Source: Desulfobulbus propionicus DSM 2032
Lineage (GTDB): Bacteria > Desulfobacterota > Desulfobulbia > Desulfobulbales > Desulfobulbaceae
Direction of reading: 5' to 3'
DNA length: 32,000 bases
Assembly (NCBI RefSeq): GCF_000186885.1
Contig: NC_014972.1
Location: 750,001 to 782,000, forward strand
The notes below the pieces were generated by a model. It ran no database searches, was not told the DNA's origin, and was given only the letters and a program-made list of their open reading frames with translations. Shown here one piece after another: positions 26,825 to 32,000 of this stretch. Made by a program: the position numbers and the translations under genes. How positions within the stretch are numbered: the stretch's first letter is position 1; each line of letters starts with the position of its first letter.

Positions 26825-27913
26825 TCAGGCGCCGATGGACTCGCGTGAAGGGCGGAAACAGCCGTGTGTCAGGTCGATCCCCTGGAGAAGGATGGCGGGG
26901 TCCTGGTAGAGGGTGCTGATCAGACCGTTTTGCCGACGGTTGATCAGCAGGCGGATGGGCACTTCCGGCAGGGTGAGCATTTCGTAGTCGGTGTCCGCGT
27001 CGCCAGCCACCAGCACCGGTGTGCCGTCGATCCACTGCTTGATGATCTCGGCCTTCCCCTCGCGGAAGGTGGTGGGGTAGGAAACGGGATCCTCGATGGT
27101 CAGATGTTGCTCGTCGTTCAGGCGGACGCGGATGCCGAAAATGTGGTCCGCCTCCACGGGAAATCCAAGGAGCTGCGCCGCCCCTTCCACCAGCCATTCG
27201 GTGCTGGCCGAAATCACATACCGGGCAATTCCCAGCTCCGCCAGGCGGTGCATTAAGGTCCGCATCTCGGGAAAGACATGGAGGCCGAGCGGGTAGCTGG
27301 CCTCGATGCGGCCGATCGGTTGTGGCGCGTCGGCATGCAATGTTTCCTCGACCAGCGGTTCTTCCCCTGCCACCCGGACCACTTCAACCGCCAGCTGGCG
27401 CAATTCGCCGATGGTGAAGCCCGCCAGCATCTTACCCATGAAGGGCAGCACATAGCGTGGTCCCAAACGGGCGTCCTTGCGCGCGCTGATGGTGAACCAT
27501 AACAGCAGGGTGGCGAACAACGGGTATGCAGGCAGGAGCCGGGCCTGTTCCTGGCGGCCGTCGACGATTAGCGGCCACAACTGCCGATAGGCGGTGCACA
27601 AGGTGGCGATGACCGCGTCCATCGGCCGGCCGGCCAGCTCGCCCTGGGGCGGCGGGAGGATGGCGGCCAGTTGCTCCGGAGTCAAGCGGTAGTGCAGATG
27701 TCGCACCTGGTAGCGAAATGCCGCCTGGCCGATATCGCGGAAAATGCAGGTGTTGTCAAAATCGAACACGGCCACCGGCTGGGCGAGGGAAGCGTGGGTC
27801 GCGATCTGGTGAAGACTACTGGTGATCCGCTCTCGATTTTCCGGGTACCAGTTGCCTTCCTCCAAGGAGATATCGGCCTTCTGCACCTGCATGGATGTGC
27901 CTGAAAATGTCAT
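26825..27913 (-). CDS. HAD-superfamily hydrolase (HAD-IB / phosphoserine-phosphatase-like)
   Basis: 362 aa. HAD motif I is VAVFDFDNTCI (DxDxT) and motif IV is LVAGDADTDYEML. It has a large cap-like middle region. The alternative start Met8 (27892) cannot be excluded. Confidence 0.75.
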   Translation of the reverse strand: MTFSGTSMQVQKADISLEEGNWYPENRERITSSLHQIATHASLAQPVAVFDFDNTCIFRDIGQAAFRYQVRHLHYRLTPEQLAAILPPPQGELAGRPMDAVIATLCTAYRQLWPLIVDGRQEQARLLPAYPLFATLLLWFTISARKDARLGPRYVLPFMGKMLAGFTIGELRQLAVEVVRVAGEEPLVEETLHADAPQPIGRIEASYPLGLHVFPEMRTLMHRLAELGIARYVISASTEWLVEGAAQLLGFPVEADHIFGIRVRLNDEQHLTIEDPVSYPTTFREGKAEIIKQWIDGTPVLVAGDADTDYEMLTLPEVPIRLLINRRQNGLISTLYQDPAILLQGIDLTHGCFRPSRESIGA

Positions 27914-28107
27914 TGTTCGCGGGTTGGGGAAAAATCATGATCAGGCCGCCATCCGCAGCGGGAAAACAGCCGGTTGTGTCGGCTTATATACGATAAACCG
28001 CTGAAGAATGCATGAAGTATCTGTCCGGACAAAAGATCGGGCAGTATTTTTCGGCATCGCAGTGTGCAGCGCCGCCGAAGCGATCCACACCGCAAGGGAG
28101 CGGCAAC

Positions 28108-28148
28108 CCGCCCACCGTCGTTGGCATGACGGCAACGACGGTGGGCGG
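28108..28148 (-). terminator. perfect 16-bp GC-rich hairpin 18 nt downstream of the SulP stop (candidate terminator or mRNA-stabilising stem, no U tract)
   Basis: CCGCCCACCGTCGTTG (28108-28123), 9-nt loop, CAACGACGGTGGGCGG (28133-28148), with no mismatch. Flanks on both strands are not T-rich, so it is not a canonical intrinsic terminator. Confidence 0.4.
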
Positions 28149-28165
28149 ACGAGGAGGCATGCCGT

Positions 28166-30322
28166 TTATCGCGGCAGGTACTTGGTCAGGGGGCAGCTCT
28201 TGCAACCACCCGAGGGCAGATCGGTGTTTTCGTGGATCTTGCCGACGATATCGGCCACCGCAGCCTTGGTATCCGGATAGAAATTTTCCCGGCCGATCTT
28301 GTCGAACAGGTGGGTGCGGTCGAGCACCGCCAGGATCGGCCCCTTGGCGTTGCATACCGCAAAACCGTAACCAGCCGCGTGGAGCCGGTCCACCAACAGG
28401 GCCAGCTCTTCCTCGCCCGAGGCGTCGATGTCATTGATGCCGCTGGCGTCGAGCAGGATGTAGCGCAGATCGGGCATGTCGTTGCGGAATTTGATGATCT
28501 GTTCATCCAGATAGCTGGCGTTAGCGAAAAAGAGGGCGCCATCGAAACGGACCACGGCGATGTGGCGGCAGCCGCGCAGCCGATGCTGTTCGGTGCTCTG
28601 CAGCGAGCCGTCCTTATACATCGACAGTTTGGCCACCACCGGCCGCATCGATTTGTAGAGGAATACGCCCATGGACAGGGCCACGCCGACCATGATGCCC
28701 TTGTCGAGATGGGGGGCAAAAGCCAAGGTGACGAAAAAGGTGATGATCGAGATGATGCCGTCGTGTTTCTGGGCGTGCCAGGCGTGGACAAACCCCCGGG
28801 TGTTGATCAGGCCGATGACCGCCATCATGATCACCGCCGCCAGTACCGCCTGTGGCAGGTGGTAAAGCAGCGGGGTGAGGAACAGCAGGGTGATGACCAC
28901 CACGATGCTGGTGATGACGCTGGATATGCCGGAGACCGCGCCGGCCTGCAGGTTGACCGCCGAACGGGAAAAAGAACCGGACACCGCGTAACTGGAGCCG
29001 AAAGAGCCCAATACGTTCGCCAATCCCTGGCCGATCAGTTCCTGGTTGGGGTCGAGCTTCTGGCCGGTCTTGGCGGCCATGGCCTTGGCGATGGCGATGG
29101 CCTCCATGAAGCCGAGCAGGCTGATGATGATCGCCGTGGGCAGCAGTTTGAGGACGATGTTGCCTTCCAGCTTGGGAATGGTGAAGGTGGGCAGGCCCTC
29201 GGGGATCTTGCCGACAATGGCGCCGCCGCCCATGAGCAGGAGGCTGTCGGTTTTCAGTTTGGCGTTGGACACCTTGAGGCGCCAGGTGTTGTGATCGGTG
29301 GGCACGTCGGCGGGGAGCGCGTTCTTGGGATAGAAGATTGCCTGTTCGCCTTGCTGGGCCTTTTCAAACTTCAGCTGCCGCAACTGGGCGCGCAGCTCCC
29401 GGTTGTGTTCCTGGACCTGATTCATCTTGGCGGTGATCAGGGCGATTTCGTTGTGCAGGGCAATGGCTTCCAGCGAGGGACCGTGGCCCTTGACCGCTTT
29501 CTCAAGTTTTTCCAGTTCCTTGCCCTTGCTCATCCGCTCAAGGCCCAGCTCTTCCACGGTCTTGATCTCCTGGTTGAACTCGTCCACCAGCGCGGCAAAC
29601 TCCGGCATCTGGATGGCGCTGAGCGGTACGCGCATATCCTTGTTGTAGCCGCTGAAATAGGAGATCAGGGTGGTGATGACCACCGCCACCAGCACCGCCG
29701 GAATTTTGGGGTTGATCTTCTTCAGGCCGACCATGATCGCCACCGCGCTCACCCCGTAGATCAGGGTGGGCCAATGGGTGTAGTCCATGGCGGCCTGCGC
29801 CACCCAGATCATGGTCTGGTAATGGTGCTCGGCCGAATCAACGGACACGCCGAAAAATTTGGAGAATTGGGAGGAGGCGATGATGATGGCCGCGGCATTG
29901 GTGAAGCCGTTGACCACCGGGTGAGACAGGAAGTTGACCACCAAACCGAGCCTGAGCACCCCCAGAGAGAACTGGAACACACCGACGATCAGGGCGAGGA
30001 CGATTGAGTAGGCGATGAAGTCGGTGCTGCCGGCGGTGGCCAACGGTTGCAGCGAGGCGGCGGACATCAGCGACACCACCGCGACCGGGCCGGTGGCCAA
30101 CTGCCGGCTGGAGCCGAACAGGGCGGCGACCATGGGCGGGAGAAAAGCGGCATACAGGCCGAAATAGGCCGGTAGGCCAGCCAGTTGCGCGTAAGCCATT
30201 GATTGCGGGATCAGCACCAGGGCCACGGTCAGGCCGGCAAGGGCGTCGGTCTGGAAACTCTTGAGGTTGTAGCCTTTAATCCAACTCAGGAAGGGGAAAA
30301 TTTTTGTCAGTACCATGTCCAT
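28166..30322 (-). CDS. SulP-family anion transporter with C-terminal STAS domain and an internal ~140-aa coiled-coil insertion
   Basis: 718 aa. The N-terminal SulP signature region is DALAGLTVALVLIPQSMAYAQLAGLP. There are multiple TM segments. STAS is VVRFDGALFFANASYLDEQI...LLDASGINDIDASGEEELALLVDRL. The hydrophilic heptad-rich insertion covers residues ~228-368. Confidence 0.9.
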   Translation of the reverse strand: MDMVLTKIFPFLSWIKGYNLKSFQTDALAGLTVALVLIPQSMAYAQLAGLPAYFGLYAAFLPPMVAALFGSSRQLATGPVAVVSLMSAASLQPLATAGSTDFIAYSIVLALIVGVFQFSLGVLRLGLVVNFLSHPVVNGFTNAAAIIIASSQFSKFFGVSVDSAEHHYQTMIWVAQAAMDYTHWPTLIYGVSAVAIMVGLKKINPKIPAVLVAVVITTLISYFSGYNKDMRVPLSAIQMPEFAALVDEFNQEIKTVEELGLERMSKGKELEKLEKAVKGHGPSLEAIALHNEIALITAKMNQVQEHNRELRAQLRQLKFEKAQQGEQAIFYPKNALPADVPTDHNTWRLKVSNAKLKTDSLLLMGGGAIVGKIPEGLPTFTIPKLEGNIVLKLLPTAIIISLLGFMEAIAIAKAMAAKTGQKLDPNQELIGQGLANVLGSFGSSYAVSGSFSRSAVNLQAGAVSGISSVITSIVVVITLLFLTPLLYHLPQAVLAAVIMMAVIGLINTRGFVHAWHAQKHDGIISIITFFVTLAFAPHLDKGIMVGVALSMGVFLYKSMRPVVAKLSMYKDGSLQSTEQHRLRGCRHIAVVRFDGALFFANASYLDEQIIKFRNDMPDLRYILLDASGINDIDASGEEELALLVDRLHAAGYGFAVCNAKGPILAVLDRTHLFDKIGRENFYPDTKAAVADIVGKIHENTDLPSGGCKSCPLTKYLPR

Positions 30323-30356
30323 CCGCTCGTGTTCGTAGAAGTCAAAGGTTATGGGG

Positions 30357-30947
30357 TCAGGGTTTCAGCCAGCAGCGACACGACTCGATCACCTCTTCAT
30401 AGAGCGATGTCGCTTGATATAAATTGTAGGTATCCAGCCGGACCAGGCCGTCGATCAGGGTGAAGATCAGCAGGGCTTTCTTGCTGGGCGAGACTGGACG
30501 GATTGAACCATCCTCCATGCCGCGGAGGATCGCCTGTTCGAAAATGCTGATCAGACCGCTGTAGATTTCTTCCAGATATTGCCAGCATTTTGGGTTGTTG
30601 GGCGCGATCTGATAATAGTGGTGGCGGTGGAGGAGAAGGAAGCGTTCCTCCATGACGCTGGACTGATACAGGTAGAACGAGATGGCTCCTTCCACCATTT
30701 CCAGGCCATTGGCGAACTCGGTATTTTGGAGGTGCTGCTTGAAGGAGCCGACAAAATCTTCCTTGAATTTTTGCAGCACGGCGAGAAACAGGTCTTCCTT
30801 GCTCTGAAAGTGGTAGAAGATGGTTCCCTCGGCCACGCCGGTGGCCTTGGAGATGTCACTGACCGACGTATCCCAGTAGCCCCGTTCGGCGAAGAATTTG
30901 CTGGCCGCCTGGAGAATGGCTTCTTTTTTGGTTTGTGCACGTGCCAT
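30357..30947 (-). CDS. TetR/AcrR-family transcriptional regulator
   Basis: 196 aa. The N-terminal HTH is KEAILQAASKFFAERGYWDTSVSDISKATGVAEGTIFYHFQSKEDLF. It ends 34 nt upstream of the SulP start, so the two are probably co-transcribed. Confidence 0.9.
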   Translation of the reverse strand: MARAQTKKEAILQAASKFFAERGYWDTSVSDISKATGVAEGTIFYHFQSKEDLFLAVLQKFKEDFVGSFKQHLQNTEFANGLEMVEGAISFYLYQSSVMEERFLLLHRHHYYQIAPNNPKCWQYLEEIYSGLISIFEQAILRGMEDGSIRPVSPSKKALLIFTLIDGLVRLDTYNLYQATSLYEEVIESCRCWLKP

Positions 30948-30975
30948 GTGTGGGTGACCCTTGGGGGATAGTCTT

Positions 30976-31048
30976 TGAGTGAGCGCTCAGGTAAAAATGG
31001 AAGTGAGAATAGTTTTCGACTGAGCACTCACTCAGGATTAAGTGAGTG
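30976..31048. promoter_or_regulatory. cluster of AGTGAG-containing inverted repeats upstream of tetR (candidate TetR operators)
   Basis: TGAGTGAGCGCTCAG (30976-30990) and CTGAGCACTCACTCA (31020-31034) are inverted copies with 14 of 15 matching. CACTCACT (25 positions: 31025-31032) and AGTGAGTG (31041-31048) form a second perfect 8-bp inverted repeat with an 8-nt spacer. A further AGTGAG lies at 31002-31007. The cluster begins 29 nt upstream of the tetR ATG. Confidence 0.5.
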
Positions 31049-31185
31049 TTAGATACCCTTCAATGACCATCCGGTCAAACGCTTTTTTTGACTATCAGAA
31101 ATATTTATGAAAAAGGCTGGCAAACAGCAAGGAAAGGGCGCACCGACAGGTCGAGACCCAGGGAGATCGGTTGGCACGCGCGGGA

Positions 31186-32000
31186 TTATCGTTTGCGTCG
31201 CGCCGTTGAGCGGTTTGCCGGAGGTGAAGTGGACTCTTTAGGAGAGCATGGATGACTCGTGGCAAGAGCGGCCTTTTGCCGTTCGCGGCCGACGTCGTTT
31301 TTTTCCACAAAGCAGGGGGACTTGCTGAAAGGGTCGGTTTCGGTCCAGTACATCAGGGTCGACCAGGTACAGGGGGTGGGCGTGAACAGCTGCACCTGGC
31401 GGGGCACAAGGTGAAGTTCCCGCTGGCAGAAGGCGCGCAGCCGCTCCATGGCCGCCTGGGTGCAACCCGGATGGGCGGCGATCAGGTAGTAGGTGAGGAA
31501 CTGGCGGAGACCTTCTTCCTCGGTCAGCCGGTTGAACAGGCGGCGGAATTGCAGCAAGGATTCCGTGCCCGGCTTGCCCATGGCGGCGAGCACCTCGGCT
31601 TCGCTGTGTTCCGGCGCGATCTTCATTTGGCCGGAAACATGGTGGCGCACCAGCTCGCGCAGATAGTCCAGTCCCTTTTTGTGGTCGGCCAGGATCAGAT
31701 CGTAGCGGACACCCGAGGCCACGGCGATCTTCTTGATGCCCCGAACCCCCCGCAGCCGTTGCAGCAGGGCAATGAGCGGGCCGTGGTCGATGCGCAGGCT
31801 CGGGCAGATGGCCGGAAAGAGGCAACGTTTGTCCCGGCAGGCCCCCCTGGCCAGTTTTTTGGCGCATTCAAATCCGTACATGTTAGCGGTCGGTCCGCCG
31901 ACATCGGCGATCATCCCCTTGAACGAAGGATGCGCCGCCAGGGTTTCCGCCTCGCGGACAATCGAGGTCGCGCTACGCTGCTGGATGGTCCGGCCCTGGT
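31186..32000 (-). CDS. ygiQ: YgiQ-family (UPF0313) radical SAM protein, C-terminal part (5' end beyond the window)
   Basis: The frame stays open from the TAA at 31186-31188 to the window edge. It contains the family-typical IADVGGPTANMY block, then VASGVRYDL, HHVSGQMKIAPEH, YLIAAHPGCT and VQLFTPTPCTWST, and a basic Lys/Arg tail. Confidence 0.85.
   Translation of the reverse strand, partial: QGRTIQQRSATSIVREAETLAAHPSFKGMIADVGGPTANMYGFECAKKLARGACRDKRCLFPAICPSLRIDHGPLIALLQRLRGVRGIKKIAVASGVRYDLILADHKKGLDYLRELVRHHVSGQMKIAPEHSEAEVLAAMGKPGTESLLQFRRLFNRLTEEEGLRQFLTYYLIAAHPGCTQAAMERLRAFCQRELHLVPRQVQLFTPTPCTWSTLMYWTETDPFSKSPCFVEKNDVGRERQKAALATSHPCSPKESTSPPANRSTARRKR

Noticed and set aside
30357-31100. 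Slightly lower GC content of tetR and its upstream region as a sign of horizontal transfer.
   Set aside because: The shift is modest by eye. It is confined to one small regulator gene and an AT-richer promoter region. No flanking repeats or mobility genes are present.
31061-31135. Candidate terminators after ygiQ: the + strand GACCATCCGGTC hairpin plus T7 run at 31064-31090, and the minus-strand GCTGTTTGCCAGC plus T5 near 31112-31130.
   Set aside because: The stems are only 4 bp. The + strand element has no + strand gene to terminate. This is too weak to call, and read-through from ygiQ into tetR cannot be excluded.
31171-31190. TGGCAC strings (31172, 22701, 20053, 26494) as sigma-54 -24 elements.
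   Set aside because: None is followed by a TTGC-like -12 element at the required spacing. Three of the four lie inside coding sequence.
1-32000. Scan for CRISPR arrays, tRNA/rRNA genes, IS elements or transposases, integrases, toxin-antitoxin pairs and phage-defence genes.
   Set aside because: There are no regularly spaced direct repeats, no cloverleaf-compatible intergenic sequence (all spacers are 252 nt or shorter and accounted for), and no ORF with transposase, integrase or nuclease motifs that I could recognise.

Overview
GC-rich (~60%) bacterial chromosomal window. No database search was possible, so all calls rest on reading the translated ORFs for family motifs and on gene order.

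Bases 1-14909 (+ strand) are a division/cell-wall (dcw) cluster: ftsL, ftsI-like PBP, fused murE-murF, mraY, murD, a 78-aa four-Cys ORF, murG, murC, murB, ftsQ, ftsA, ftsZ. Nearly every junction has overlapping or abutting stop and start codons. A hairpin after ftsZ closes the cluster.

Three things about this cluster are unusual:
- The ftsI-like protein has lost all three transpeptidase active-site motifs and carries a C-terminal PASTA domain.
- There is no ftsW between murD and murG. A small zinc-ribbon-like ORF sits in that slot.
- murE and murF are a single 1011-codon frame. ddl is also absent from the cluster.

Bases 15081-22746 (+) look like a six-gene, translationally coupled operon: TIGR03960-like B12/radical-SAM protein, membrane histidine kinase, GT-B glycosyltransferase-like protein, FetA/FetB-like ABC exporter, and a PAS hybrid kinase/receiver. 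It has no output response regulator.

The remainder holds:
- a Bcr/CflA-type MFS transporter (+)
- a 441-aa soluble protein (-) whose C-terminal half carries the DGA and RHR motifs of diadenylate cyclases, behind an unrecognised N-terminal half
- nadA (+), preceded by a terminator-like leader hairpin
- a minus-strand run of ygiQ (partial), tetR, a SulP/STAS transporter with a ~140-aa coiled-coil insertion, and a HAD hydrolase

I found no rRNA, tRNA, CRISPR array, IS element or transposase. The many long antisense ORFs are GC-driven shadow frames.

Best candidates for new biology are the FtsW-less dcw cluster with its catalytically dead PBP and small Cys protein, the atypical DAC-domain protein, and the rSAM-kinase-GT-FetAB-kinase operon.
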